Shown: piece by piece, positions 1-13,500 of the stretch
How positions within the stretch are numbered: the stretch's first letter is position 1
Layout of the letters: each line of letters starts with the position of its first letter
NCBI GenBank assembly: GCA_000708835.1
Contig: DF237127.1
Span: 62,001 to 126,000 of the forward strand
Direction: 5' to 3'
DNA from: Klebsormidium nitens
Lineage: Eukaryota; Plantae; Klebsormidiophyceae
Length of the DNA stretch: 64,000 bases
The notes under the pieces: generated by a model
Told to the model about the DNA's origin: nothing
What the model saw: the letters and a program-made list of their open reading frames with translations, nothing else
Database searches by the model: none
Program-made: the position numbers and the translations under genes

Positions 1-2012
1 CTCCGGTGACGACATCGCCAAGTTCCTGTGGATGGTCCGTATCGGTGGGGGAGTCTACCCGCACATTAAGGAGCCGGATTACCTGGTGCGCTTTGTTCCG
101 CGTTTTCGCACTTGACTCCCTGTCTTGGCTTTGTTACCGCCTTCCCCCATTGAGCTGTGATTCGAGGGGGAACCCCGCTTCAGAAGACTGCCCACCTTCC
201 TCCCTCCGTTGTTCAGGGGAAGGGGGGAGGTGTCGCCTTCTCAATAATCCTTTGCAATGCTTCTGCTGCCTAAGTTCTGCACATGCTGAATCGGCTCTGA
301 CGTGTTTTCGTAACCCGTTGAAGGCGGTAATTTTGCACTCCCAAAGCTGATGAGGCTTCGTCTGCTTTCCCCTTCCCACCCTCTTCTGTCTGCTTGTATT
401 GACATCGAATCTAATTGCCTTGATTGCCCTGTCTGATCCTTCTTTTTTGACCTTCTTTAAGCTACATCAGTGACGCTCCAGCCATCGTTTAGAATCAGAA
501 ATTGCCAGGGCTCAGGCCTTTTCCTTTTGAATGGGAAACTTTTGAGTAGAAAAACACGAAAGCCTTGGCCGCACTGAAGAGGGTCTGGCAAAGACCAAAC
601 ACTCTTCTCTTGCAATAAGAACAAGGATAATTTAGAAGGACGGAACTCTGGAAAAGCGATTTTAGCCTTTCTTTCTTTCCCATCGATAGAAAGGAGGTTG
701 TGGGCTCAGCCTGAGTTGGGTTGTCGATCCCCTTGAGTGTTCTTTGCTAGCCTCTCCTCATTTGCTATCGCTCTTTTTCCTTGTGCAGAAGCACGGGAGC
801 TACCGCATTGACTCGGGAGCCACCTCCACGATGCTCAACTGCCTCATGTATAAGCTGTCGTACTACAGGTAAGCAAGCGCGTTGCTCTCAGCGCATCCCC
901 CTTTTGATTGCAACATCCTTATTGAGCTTTCTTTACCCGACGTAGTGGTTCTCAGAGCGAGCTAGCCAGACCAAAGTGCAACCCATGCAGCTCGTCCATG
1001 TGTCAATATCTTTACTCGACTCGTCGTTCCTTGAGCATGGTTCGGATATCAGTCATTTCTTAAGCACGGTTCAGTTAGCAAATTTCCCTTCTGCACAGAA
1101 TATTTGGCTTTCGTGCAGGTCTTAGACACCGTTCCCACAGCGTCATTTCTTGAGCCCGGTTCGGTCAATGGTCGTTCTTTAGCAGGGTCGGTCAGCAGAA
1201 CCTCCATTTCAATTTGGAAGCCATTTTTTCTGTCTTTTCGTTCAGGTTTGCGGATGCCACCATGGCGCCGGATGGTACTTCGGGGTACGACCGTGTCCGG
1301 CGGACGGAGATTGGCAAGAAGAACATCAAGCTGCGGTACTTTGAGGAGGTAAGGACTACTCTTCTACTCTCGTTGGCGTCCCCCTAAGCAAGCGTTTCTG
1401 GGATCAGCTTGACGACCTCAAAGGACCGTTGTTGTGTTACGTGACAGAGTACTGTCAGTTTCTGCTGCTTCTGGCTCGTAGAGGCCAATGATGATGGACT
1501 TACAGTCACATGTGTAGAAGCTTACGGAAAGCGTTGTCTGCCCCAAACATGCTCATTTTAAGGGTGCTTGTTGCATCGCCGATGTTGATGAGATTTCGCA
1601 AACGACTCCCGGGTGGGGCGATGCGCCGCCTGCAGTGAAGGCGGTGGTTGAAACCTAGCCATTGTCGGACCTCTCTCAATTTGCCTTCAATATATGAGAT
1701 CCTCAAGATAGGGATGCTTCACACTGTCAATTTACCGAATGCTTATCCGACATGCATGTAGATGTTGTGTCTACAAGCTTTAGGCCATGAGCGTACTTAG
1801 TTGCAGGCCGCAAAATCATGTGTCAAAACAGTCCGAGGATATTTTCGAAGTTGGGCTCCTTCAGTTCACAAAGAAGGTTTTCAGAATCTTGACATTGCTC
1901 TGTTTCCCAGGTGTTCACGACGCACCATTGGATGGTGCGCATCTACCGGCTGAAGGACGTGCCCAACCGGCAGAAGGGCGCGCGGAAGAAGGCAGCCAAG
2001 GCGGTGAGCTAG
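1..2012 (+). CDS. STT3: Oligosaccharyltransferase catalytic subunit STT3 (STT3A-like), 3' part only
   Basis: GT-AG exons 1-85, 789-868, 1246-1348 and 1911-2012 splice in frame to [104 protein letters not shown]...AVS*. This includes the DxxK motif and the typical STT3 C-terminus. The 5' part lies outside the window. Confidence 0.96.
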
Positions 2013-2023
2013 TCCTCATTATT

Positions 2024-2199
2024 CCTAAGAAAGATAATAATAAGCCAAGATAAAAAAAAGCTCCGACCAACACTGAAAACCCTAACCCAGAAAGATACCG
2101 GCTCCCATACCCACCCTAACCATCAAACTAACCCTACCCGTCCCAGTGCGGTTTAATCTTATTATTAACGCGCCTTATTGATATTATGATCTTTCTTGG
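2024..2199. mobile_element. Degenerate MITE-like element just after the STT3 stop codon
   Basis: Its core (2060-2146) is the reverse-complement homolog of the internal part of the 7231-7405 element (gggacgggt.gggttagtttg..ggttagggtgggt...gggttagg.ttt..agtgtt). It is flanked by imperfect AT-rich inverted ends (aagaaagat..ataag / cttatt..atctttctt). Confidence 0.55.
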
Positions 2200-3674
2200 G
2201 TTTAACTCAATCCTCAGAATGGCACGCAGCCAATATGTTTGCTTCATTTTGGAACTCCGGAAAGCATTTGTCATTCAGATCCAGGTTTGCCGGTTTGCTA
2301 CGAAGTCGTCCCGAGGCGCTTAGTCTTTTTCTCAACTTCAAGACGATCAAGGACACCGCTGCGATCCGCTTAACCACCGCTGTGCTTCCAAGCGGAGTCG
2401 TTGTATCTTGTCTTTACTCTGGTGGAGCAAGCTCACATCATGCACATACTGAACGCGCATCCTTTGTTGCAGATTGGCTCGCCAAAGAAGTCAAACAAAC
2501 TGCCAAAGTCGGCGAGCAAACGCAAGAGCCGCATAGGAGGATTGCGTTTTTAGAGGAACAGAGCTAAGGTTTTACGAGGCCGACATGTTTGCAGATTGTC
2601 GTTGGCTTACCACTTTCAAACAATGGGTTCTGAATTTTGTCCATCAAAGAGGAGACTAATCGTTTGTCTTCGTTCCTTCTTGCACTCACAGTATGGTCCT
2701 TAAGGCAGCCATCTTCGGCGGCAAAGACATGCTCGAGAGAATCGTCAAAACAGGGCGGTCAAAGGATGCATATTAGTCCAATTACATGGACTGTACTTCT
2801 CTTCCAAGCTTGATTATCCATTGGCCGCCGCAGCTATATCACGCAATTATATGCACGGCATGCAGCACATGCCAGGATTTGCAACACGGCATGCAGAGCA
2901 AACTTTGCACATGTGCATGACAGCTGCCTATACCATGGATCAGGCTCATGGAATAATCAGGACACATGATATTCAGTGCAGTTCATTGTATTAATCTTGC
3001 ACGACAAGACGAAACACCTACCCATAGCTGACGTACACGCAGCATGCGTGCAGATCATGATTGCCTGTGCTAGATTCAGATGCAGCCCATATGCGTCGTG
3101 CCATTGTTCATAACAATCCCACATCATTGTGGCAACGTGGCTGCCACATTGTTGCATGGCAACCATGACTTCAAAGTGCAGCAAACTGTGCCTGCAAAGT
3201 CGTGCATAACTCGCATTTTTGACTCCATGCCAAACCGTCTGTCTTACACCAAGAGCTAGTTCAGTTGTTTGGCTCTAGGTATATCAACAAGCCAATGCCC
3301 TTGCGAGCCCCTGACCCTGACTCGAAACTGGACTAAGTTCATTGTACAACAGCTTGCTTCAAGCTCAAACGAGGTCCCTAGCTTAATGACCATCAAGCAC
3401 TTTAATTGATCACCTGCAGCGTTGGCGCTGAAAAAATGGGTTCCTAAACTGAGGCCCCAAAGCCTTCTCACACTGGCTCTGAGAGCACTCGGTCACTTTG
3501 ACCGACAAGCGCTGCGAGTCGCAGCTTTGCAAATGTCATCCTCAATGATGCATTTCTGCAGCACACCCACCTAGACCTCAAATTCACAATAGGTTACACG
3601 ACCTGTTTCGACGCCCTGTAATTACAGCACTTCTTTTGACGAACAGACTTGAACACCTAACCCCTTTTGAGACC

Positions 3675-5914
3675 CTAATACTCCGGGTGCGAGCGCCGGC
3701 GTCCGATCGCGCGCAGGTCCGCCATCGACTGCGACCGCAGCGGCTGGAACTGCGCCATTGGCCGGAGCGCCGTCGCCACGTCGGCCCCCTCCGCTGCCCA
3801 TTCAAACGCCTCCCCCTCGACGTCGTTCATCTCGCTGTCCCTAAACCCGAGGTTGTCGGCGAGCATCGCTTTTTGGGGGTAATTCCCACCGACGCCCCCC
3901 GAGGCGCGTCCGAGAAGGTTGCTGTGGCTGCCGTTGTTGTTCTTCCGGCGCTTGGCGTACGAGTTCTCGGGCTTCGCGAGGTGCTGGATGGGGCTCGTGA
4001 CGACGTCGGCCAGGCTGTGGAAGGAGCGTGACTTGCCTCCATAGTGTTGGGAGAGGCCTCGTCTGTAAGGACAAGGAAGGATGAGGGTTAGTGATTGCAA
4101 CCAATTGTTTACTACAGCAGGCCCTTGACAGACAATGATCAGAACAAATCTGTAAGGTGCAATAGCAGGGAGTATAGATGACTATGGTGATTGGTTCCAA
4201 GCATGTGGTTTTGACGAAAGAACAGAATAGTTGGGGGATGGCTGAAACAAAATCCTACCAACTTCTGACTGTATTTCAGCCTGCTTGAAAGTAATGGGAG
4301 CGATTGGCGAGGGCAAAGCATGACGCAAAATGAAGCCAGCAAAGAGAGCGTGCTTCTGAAGCGCTTCGAATACCCCAGGCTGTTTATTCAAGAACGCGCC
4401 TTTGGCAAGTGGCATTCCTTCAAGAACATAGCCTGCACTGTTGTGCTGCAAAAAGCTTCCGGAGCAAAGAAAGCTGCTAACACGAAATCTCTACAAAGAT
4501 GGGAACAGACAACAACCTGCTTTATCAGGATCAGGTGCACAAAATGCACACTCAAATGAAAGAGAAAACAAGAGGGAGAGGAGACATACCCCGCATTTGC
4601 TAAAAGATGCAGCAAGCCACAGGAAGAACCAAAAGTGCTCCAAACAGCAGACTTGGAAAAGTTTGCTGATAGTACACCAGAAAACAAAGAGGAGAAAGCA
4701 GCAAAGGGTGCAACCTGAGCAGCAGAAGCAGCCACAGGCACCAAAATAGGGTTTATCTGCATAAAGTGCAACAAAAAATGCTCCCGGAAGCAACCAAAGT
4801 CATCCCCGCCTGGAGGAACCTCGAAGAGAAGCACTGAAAATATCACAACTGCATCCAAACCCCTTGCAAAACCAAGAATCGAAAGCACACATATGCCCCT
4901 GTCATATGAAACAATGGATGCAACATACCTGAGCCCTCGGCCAACTAGAGGCGCGAGCTTATCCTCCTCAGCTCCACAGCTCCTCTCCCCCCCCTTGGCG
5001 AGCGCCGACTCCGCCTCCATGTCCCAATTTCTCGCTAGGGGTTTGGTCGCGCCGTCCATTGAACAAGAGTTTCCACTCCCATCTGAATCCGTGCGGTTTG
5101 GACTCACGGGATTGGAGTCCCCGGAACCCCCTGCCGAGAGGATTGAGCTGAGGGATGACGTCGGGCTGGGCGAAAAGTGGCTGAGCACCCGGTGCTTGTC
5201 CCCGGGCGCGAAGAAGAAGCCTCCATCCCCTGAGCTGGCCCCCGGGGAAGACCTCCGTGCGGAAAACCCGCTGCTGCCCAGCTTTTCCAGCGAGTCTTGC
5301 GAGCATTCCCGAGGATAGAAATGGACGTGCGACCGACCGAGGGGGCTGGGAGGGCAATTGCCATGCTCGGGCGGGGACCGCAAGCTGTGGGAGTTCAGGG
5401 AGAGGGCCTTGTGAGAGGCGATGGAAGCCCGCCGTTTCTGCTCGTAAAAGCGAGCGGCGGATGCGGCGAGGCTCTCCCTACCCCTATCCGGTTTCACATT
5501 CTCGTGCCATCCATTCGAGAAGCTGGCAACTCGAGGAAGCGCGGGGTTTGCAGAAGGGGAGCTGTGACTGAAGGGGTTAACGGAGGGCGCGCTAGTAGAG
5601 AGGGGGGGGGCGGCAGACTGCGCGGAGAATTGGAAGGATGGGGGGGGGATGGGACGGGCGGCACTCCTTTGGGGTTGGGACTGGCCAGAAATAGAATGGG
5701 AGTTGCCCTCCCCGTACCAATCCCGGGCCGCTTCAGAGTCAGGCAAGTTGGGGCCATCGGAAGGACCAGACACACCGTCGGACGCACCTTTACCCTGCGC
5801 CTCCATGTACATTGAGAGGGCGGAGAGCTTCTTGAGGACAAGTTCGTGGTGCGCAAGAATTAAGGGACCGCTCTGCTCGTAGGGCTGGTATTGGTTCTGA
5901 ACCTGGCACGCCAT
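3675..5914 (-). CDS. OXS3 (oxidative stress 3)-like Ser/Pro-rich protein
   Basis: Exon 5914-4929 splices GT-AG to exon 4062-3675. The join gives GLRRGLSQHYGGKSRSFHSLADVVTSPIQHLAKPENSYAKRRK, the conserved OXS3-family motif. The ATG at 5914 is the likely start but is not certain. Confidence 0.82.
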
Positions 5915-7230
5915 ACTGATTGCCTTTTGCACAATTCAGGTGAGGTTTTATACCAGAATGATCAATGAGAGAAAACATGCAGGTGCTACAAGGCTCCCTG
6001 CAGATGCTGCTGCAAGAACACTAACCTAAGCAAACCTAAGGAGCAATCTAAGCCGTTTCAAATGCAGCCATTGCGGCAGCCCCGCAACCTATCGGCGCTT
6101 CTCCGCCTTGGAACGCTTCTGTGGTGCATTCCGAGCTGAGAGAGCGTAATGTGCTCCCTGCCCTGTCAGCCCTGACGAAGCGTCGTCCTTCCTCCCCACA
6201 AGCTTTTCTCTGGTTCAGCACACAGAGAGCTCTGCTTGCGGGAAAGTGGACGGGGCGGCTGCTGACTGTGCAAGAGACGTCACAGCCGTTCAATTTCAGT
6301 GTACCGACTCCGTTGCGAACTGTGAAAGCGCCCGGGGGGTATCTCGCGCAGTTGCGTGACGAAGTGCGCGGGAAATGGGTAATTTGAGTGCGCAGACTTC
6401 AAACCCTATCCTCGCGCGGAACCTCACCCGGTCGTCGTGACGGTCGGATCGGTTCACAACCGCATGGCCACGTCACCCCTGTTATCGAGTGGCAACATCA
6501 TTGCATTCTAATTGGCCCCAGCAGAGTTGAACGCCGACGGTCATACACGCAGGAGGAGAACCGTTAATGGAAGATCTTTTTCGATCGATTGATTGCCTGG
6601 ATTCTGCCGTTTCCTCGAACAATGCAGTGCCAGCTGGTACGGTAACGGTGCAAGGCATAAATTATCGAACGACATACAAAGCAGCCGTCTCAAGGCCTAT
6701 GTGATATGCACCGTCGATCTCGCCGCTTCCGAGTAGGGCGGTAATGACTCTGCAAGGGTTGCGGACCAAGGCGTCGCGGTTTGGCAAGCATCCAACGGTT
6801 TGAGACTGGAGCAGCAAAGCTATGAAAGATATCAACGGCATGCGATGCGTAAGGTTGGACCGACCAATGATAACATCAAACACTTACTTTTCAAGCCATC
6901 GGCTGTCGTCATAGGCATCTCGGAGATTTAAAAGCTAGTCAAATGCACAAATTATGCATCATGCAGTTCGACCTACCTAGAGAGTAGAGGCTAGGTAGGT
7001 AGACCGTAGTACCGTACCTAAGTTGAGTCTGACTTGAGAGGGGGGAGATGTTGAAACTTGAGAGGCCTCTCGATCAAGACTTCTTGCGAAGGTGGCTGCC
7101 CACTCAAATTGCATAAATGACGACACCCCCTCTCAGGACGGTCCTCCAAAGTTGGATTTGGAGATTTCGGTAGATTGATGTTCTTGAAACTTGAAAGGCA
7201 ACTCCTTTCCAATGGCAAATTGTCATAAGA

Positions 7231-7405
7231 CTTCAATTTAGGTAAAGTAAGCTTCAGGTAAAGTAAGCCAAGCAGCCTGGGACGGGTGGGGTTAGTTTGG
7301 GGGTTAGGGTGGGTTCGGGTGCGGAGCGGGTGATTTTGAGGGTTAGGTTTTTAGTGTTAGGCTGGGAGCTTACTTTACCTGGAGCTTACTTTACCTAAAT
7401 TGAAG
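7231..7405. mobile_element. 175-bp MITE with 38-bp terminal inverted repeats
   Basis: Left end cttcaatttaggtaaagtaagcttcaggtaaagtaagc matches the reverse complement of the right end at 37/38 positions. A 3-bp direct repeat AGA flanks both sides. The core is rich in telomere-like ggttaggg motifs. Confidence 0.85.
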
Positions 7406-7538
7406 AGACATCAAATTGTCGGCAGAACCCGGCTGAGTTTTGGGGAAGACAGCATGACCCGTGTGGGGTGCCGTGTTGCCTCCTGAGCTCTTCAAAAGGT
7501 GGCTTCCTCTGATCCTGCAGAAGATAAGAGCTAGTGTA

Positions 7539-10500
7539 ATGGCACCCCAGGCGAACGGCACCCCGCTGGTCGACTCAGCAAGCAACATGGAGACGATTAA
7601 AAGGACCCCGGAAAGGACGGATTCCTTGATAGAGCGCCTGCTTCTCAAACTTTATAGATTTCAGCAAACCTTGCTGCTGATTGCCAGGGTGCTGCAACCC
7701 TATGTCGATTATTTTGTGCAACCCTTGCTGCTGAAGGCAAGGGATTTGTTACGCCCTATGCGGCGCCGGTTAGAGCCTGTGCAACGCCTGTACGCTGTCG
7801 GCTGGCAGGTGAGTGATACATGTCCAGCCTGCGCAGAATCAAAGCTGGTCTTTAAACGATCATACCTTGACGTGTTTCAAGAAGTGATGCAGCCATGTAG
7901 GCCAGACTTTCTTACAGTGAGCATCATTTCTGTATTAATAGTCTTGTTTCAGGTCTCCTATGAACTTGCTTAATGCACATGAGTGGAGCTCTCAGTATTA
8001 TGCAAATGTCAAGCAGCATGGCTTGACACATTTTAAACTGTTGATGCTGCAAGCGCCGAAATGATTTTGATTCCATCTGATGACAACTGACAAGGCAGCT
8101 CCTTGTCACAGGTCTAAAAACGCAATGCATCAGTTGTGGCAATGAAGGCATTCATGTGGATTCATTGTGCAGGCAGCGTTGTCTTCCTACATCATTGACA
8201 AGTTGATGGCGTCTAATGGCAAACTTTTGGAGGATCTTGGCAAGGGCTTCGACAAATGGGGGAACCGCTTCCTAGGTTAGTATGCCAACATCTTCTTGCT
8301 CCCTTGAAGCTTGTAGTGCTTTCAACTTGCGCTTTTGCTCCAAACAAGGGCAAAAGCAGCAGCAAATAAGACAACACCTTGTCATGTGCACATAGTTGTG
8401 ACGACTAGGAGAAGAGGGGATTGAGCAAGCCGGTTAACTTAGGTAAGCAAAATCTATCTGTGAATCATCTGATATCAATGCCCTCAGTATCAAGTCCTAG
8501 AAGCAACATCAAGGAGAATAAGTTCCTCTCTCCCAGTGCATCGCAGTACCCTCCTCTTTTGACAGAGCCTGAGCGGACCAAGCTTTGAACCACATACTAT
8601 CATCTCAACAATTGCTTTGATTATCCTGGTGGAGATGTACCAGATGAAGTAGCCTTTTCAGATGTGGCTGCTTCAATCTAATGAGAAAGCACGCTTCTTG
8701 ACCCTACCTGCTTTTATTGACATGTTTGCCTTCTGCCCTGAAGCTTGGCACTCTTTCTTAAAAAGCACAACATACTACCACACTGACATGCGTATTTCCT
8801 GTCTCAGGTCAATATAAATCTCCAGCCGGCATCAAATACAACCTGACTCTGATTGGCCTCCTGGATAGGAGCTTCGACCTTGATCAACACACAGTCAAAA
8901 CCTTCCCCGCTGAGTCTCCCAGCGCCCGCACCAATGCCGAAGTCTGTGCCATGGCTGCCAAACTCATCTATGAGAAAGAAAAACTTGTGGAGGAAGTCAT
9001 TAATGACTTGTGGAACAAGGGCCTACCAGTAAGCAGCGTGCTTTTGGACCTGCTTCTCACCCAATCCCTTCATGAGATTCTTGATCTACTGACATGGCTC
9101 AACCTACCCTGTTGTTTGGACATCTGGTGGCTTAGTCCGACTCATCAGGGGTAATCTAAGCTACATTGGTGAATCAAAGTCAACTCATTCACTTCCCGAG
9201 ATGGTTGCAAGTGCTCCCTTATGTTCCGAGCTGATTGAGGTTTGAGGTTTGAGGTTTGTGCATTGCAATGTCGACTGTGCATTTGCTGATAGCGAGCCAG
9301 GTTCCTGCATGGTGTGATCTGATCTTGGAAAGTGTACTGACCGGTTCAGAGCCCTGCTCGCTAGGCCTCTAGGAGTGGCACTGAAGTTGTGCCGATCTGT
9401 ACAATTGCATTGCTTTTCTGGCACCCCTAGCCAGATATGTAGCACCGAGACTTGCCTCCTTTTGTCCTAGGCGCTAACTTATCCATGTCCTTGTTAAGCT
9501 GAATCAAAGCCCTGCATCTATGTATTGGCCTGTTGCCAATTACCCCAGCCTGAGAAAAGAAGGATTCAGCTGATGGTAGATTGGCAAGGTTGCAGACTAA
9601 TGCGGCTGGTGGACACATTGGTTGCAGGCTAAGAAGGCAAAGGACACAAAGGCAGAGGACACCAAGGCAGAGGACACCAAGGCAAAGGACACCAAGGCAA
9701 AGGACACCAAGGCAAAGGACACAAAGGCAGAGGACATGAAGCCAAAGGACACCAAGGCAGAGGACACCAAGGCAAAGGACACCAAGGCAGCGGACACCAA
9801 GGCAAAGGACACAGAGGCAGAGGACACCAAGGACACAGAAAGGTTTAAGTTTATTGATTGGTATGACTACAAGACACAGGGAAAGAATCAAGTTGGTACG
9901 ATCCCTTCTCTGGACTTTTGGTCAAAGTTATGTGCTCAAAAACCTCAAGTTGCTGCATAAATCAAATACTCATGTGCATCTAGTCAATCTCAGCAGTTAT
10001 TACAATTAGCATCAGAAGGAAGGGATTGCAATCCGGACAAGGTGCATGTTCCCCTTTTCGTTCAGAGGCTTCATGCGTTCTAGATTATCACTGGGCACTT
10101 CAAGCCTTCAAGAATCGAATGCGTTTGGCACGATTCTTCTGTTTAATAGGCTCTCGATGAAAGATCCTCGCACAAGTGCCCAGCCAAAAAGAGAGGGGTG
10201 CACGAGCGAGTCAATTTTCTCTAGCCATCTTGGCAAGTCTGACTGTGAAGTAATTACTAATGCAGCTGAATCTGCGGAAGCGGTGAGTACCTGAATGCTG
10301 AATCGACTCCTCAAATGCCTGAGGCCTGAATCTGCAGGGTGCTCAAAACTATGTCTATCTGCAGACACCCAGGCGATGCTGTTCAAGAAGGGGACAGCTA
10401 TTGTGGTCGTTTTCCGCGGCACAGAGCCTTTCAAAGCCGTAGATTGGGCAACTGACTTCAGGTTCGCCTGGTGGGATGGGATCCCGGCACTCGGCAGGTG

Positions 10501-13500
10501 CGGGAGGCCAAAAATAGTTGTTGCGTAATCGTGTCAGCTATGGAAGCTCCGTTGAGGAAGTCTCAAAACTCTTTATGCCATCCTGACATAATCAAGGCTC
10601 TTCTGCTGTTGTGACAATTTGAAGTCGACCTCAATCTCAGAGTCGACTATCATAAAATGGTCCTTCAAACGGTTCGATCTGAGTGAGGCGTGTGCATCAA
10701 TTTTTGCCTTAATTTTTGACTCGTCATGGTCTTGTGCTTGACACCTGACCCATCGGCATCAATCCAGGACATCTGCAATGGGTAAACGCAGGCTCTCTTC
10801 GCCCCTAAATTCTGTTGCGGATATGTCTCACCTTCTTTCTGCATTAGGGGGTATCAAAAGTGCTGTCAATCGGGTGAGAAGTCTCAAGTCCGATCTTTGG
10901 AAAGCTCAACTGATTGCTTCATCTTCATCGTTCTTCGATTGATTGACACTCTTGAGTTCTTGAGCTCCTGGGCCTAGGTTTTGAGAACGCTATGCTGACT
11001 CGTCGTTTTATTGCAGGGTGCACACTGGCTTTCTTGAGGGCCTGGGCCTCGCGGACTCGGAGGAAACGGACGACTCCAGAAAAGCTCCGGTCAAAACTGC
11101 AAAAGGAGAAGAGCAAAAGCTGCAAGAGAATCAAAAGCTGCAACTTTTCGCAGAGTGAGGGGAGACAAACCAGAATCCTCTTTCCGTGATCCCCATGCAG
11201 GAAGCTCTTGTTTATATAGCATGTTCTCTGGTTCTTTTCTACTGCGGTTCAATTTACTCTTCCGCGTGTTCTCAAAGAAGCATGTGAGTTGGTTACCGTC
11301 AAAGCGTGTTGGAGTTCGAGCAGGTGAAGATGAATGCCCCCCGATGTGTCCAAGAAGTGTGCAAGTAGGGTCTTGGAAGTCTGCACTATCTGAGCATCAA
11401 ACGCTACTCTTGGAGACAAGAAACTCGCGGTGTGGCCTAAGAGCTCTATCAAAGACTCGATTCCAGTGCTCAGTTTCAACAGCCAGCTTGAGTCCAAACG
11501 TGGAAAGCTTTGTGCTAACTCCCTACTTCTTACCGAAGGTTTTTTTTGATCTGGAAAAACTTATGCCTTCTTCCTGATCCGGAAATTTTCAGTTTCGACC
11601 TTTCTCCATATTGACACCCTTAAGCCCTTCGCTCCTCGTCCGACCCCTTCTCGATCCCCAAAGCTCATCTGAGCTGTCGGAATTTCTCCTCTCGCTGCAT
11701 TCAAGACTTTTAAGCGCCCTTTGGACTCGAGCGCCTCAAGAAACCTGATCTTTCCATTCGGCATGTACCTCCATCTGGTCCTGGTCATTCGTTCCCTTTT
11801 CCTCTTTCGATCAGACCCTTCCAAATAGCACTCAAAGTCTAATCTTCGCAGGCTTGTCAGCCTGTGCCTAGGTCAGTGCGCCGGAATTTTTGGACGTAGT
11901 AGAATTTTCTGCGTATCGGACTTGATGATAGCTTTGATACTTTTCCCTCGGAGCATCCACGTAACATTCGACGTGCCAGCTCTCCATCTCCGATACATTA
12001 TGTTTCACCAACCTTTTGTCCCCTTGCGCGCACGTTAATCTGTGCATGGCTCATGCCTTTCTAAGCAACTGTTCTCAGCAATGACCTCTTTTTGGTACCA
12101 AACACTTGCATCTCCCGGACTCAACTTGACTTTCTCCTCCTCGCAGGTACATTCACCATTGCTTGACTCGCTACCGTCAGGAAGCCAAGCGCCGTGACAG
12201 CGCCGCGGGAAGGAAGAGCTTGGCACTCTTCCGCGACCCCGAAGCTCCGGACTCCGGCGCAACGCCCACGGACGAGACCAAGGCCCTCGCGAAATTCCTG
12301 AACCAATACGTTCTCGAGGATGACCGCCAAGTACCAATAGAGAAAGGGACCCCTCTGTCTCAGCCTGATGACCCCTACAACAGCGACAACTCGAAAAAGT
12401 ACTTACCGCCTGTTGACCCCTGCGACAGCGACAACTGGAAGAAGAACCCACCGCTGTACTGGCAGATCCGGCTCGCGCTGGAGAAGTTGCTGTCGGAGGA
12501 TCCCAAGGCGAAGATCTACATCGCTGGGCACAGCCTGGGCGGCGCGCTCGCGGCCCTGTTCACGGGGCTGCTCACGGCGGAAGATGACGTCATGACGGAG
12601 CGCATCGGTGGGCTGTACACGTGAGTCGCCTGCGTTTTCCGAGGCGCTTAAAACGGACGAAGGTTGCCGCCTGATCACGGGTTATTGAGCAAAAGCAGCT
12701 TGGGGGTGTTTGGATTCTGGACAGCGGAGAAAGCGGCTTGTTACTGCGAAAGGAGTTTGATTCTATGCAGTCAAGATGGATCGACCTGCAAAGAACAAGT
12801 TGTCGCGACCGAGATTGGATAGGAGCACAGCTTCCGACGTTTGACTGTTTATTACAGGTAGAGGAGTTCTGCCCCGGGCTCTTGTACCTTCAGAAGAAGA
12901 AAAGGCTGCCGCACTCCTGCTTCCCTTCTCGTGGAGTTTTCCTTTCACCACGTCGGAGGAGTCAAAAGGTTGTTGCTCTTAACAGCTTTCTTAACCTTTG
13001 TAGGTTTGGCCAGCCCCGCGTCGGCGACTGGTCGTTTACGTGGTACCTGCACAACAAGCTGAACCTGCCCGAGCTGCGGTTTGTGCGCCTGATCTACTCC
13101 AATGACCTGGTGCCACGTGTACCCTTCGACAACTCGCTGTTCCAGTACAAGCACCTGGGGCCGTTCCACTGGGCCGACCCCTTCTACAACGTCACGGTAA
13201 AGGCGACTTCTTCAAGTCCCCTGCAAAAAGCTTGATCAACCGTGTGGACCAGCGGTTGAGCCTATATAAATTGAAATGAGATTTCAAGAAAGCTAGACCC
13301 GGGATGAGCTCGAAGAAGGGTCGTTCATTCAATGTGGAAGCATGCATCTCGTGTCCCCGTGACCCCAAACAGTGGGACTCCACCGGAGGGGCCTCTACCT
13401 CAGCAAATGTTTGTAGGGCTCCCTAGTACGTGCGGTTGGCACCTCTCTGCTGTTCCGGCATTCTTGTTGGACTTGCAGACCGAAACGGTTGGTTGTATGG

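Noticed and set aside
2745-3505. Possible TIR pair cggtcaaag / ctttgaccg around a CATG-rich region
   Set aside because: Only 9 bp match, and there is no TSD or extension.
8400-8645. Candidate extra lipase exons near 8409 and 8566
   Set aside because: They hit in-frame stops in the required phase, and direct splicing from 8276 to 8809 preserves both frame and homology.
9643-9840. Possible CRISPR-like array
   Set aside because: Contiguous 15-bp coding repeats without unique spacers, in a eukaryotic gene. The ING2 repeats are likewise exon duplications.
9427-9891. Minus-strand ORFs with VLCLG or VSFAL pentapeptide repeats
   Set aside because: They are antisense shadows of the lipase DTKAK minisatellite; the splice signals support the plus-strand exon.
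11561-11824. Minus-strand ORF containing RFLEALE, resembling the lipase GFLEALG motif
   Set aside because: Wrong strand; the real motif (VHTGFLEGLG) is in the plus-strand exon 11017-11154.
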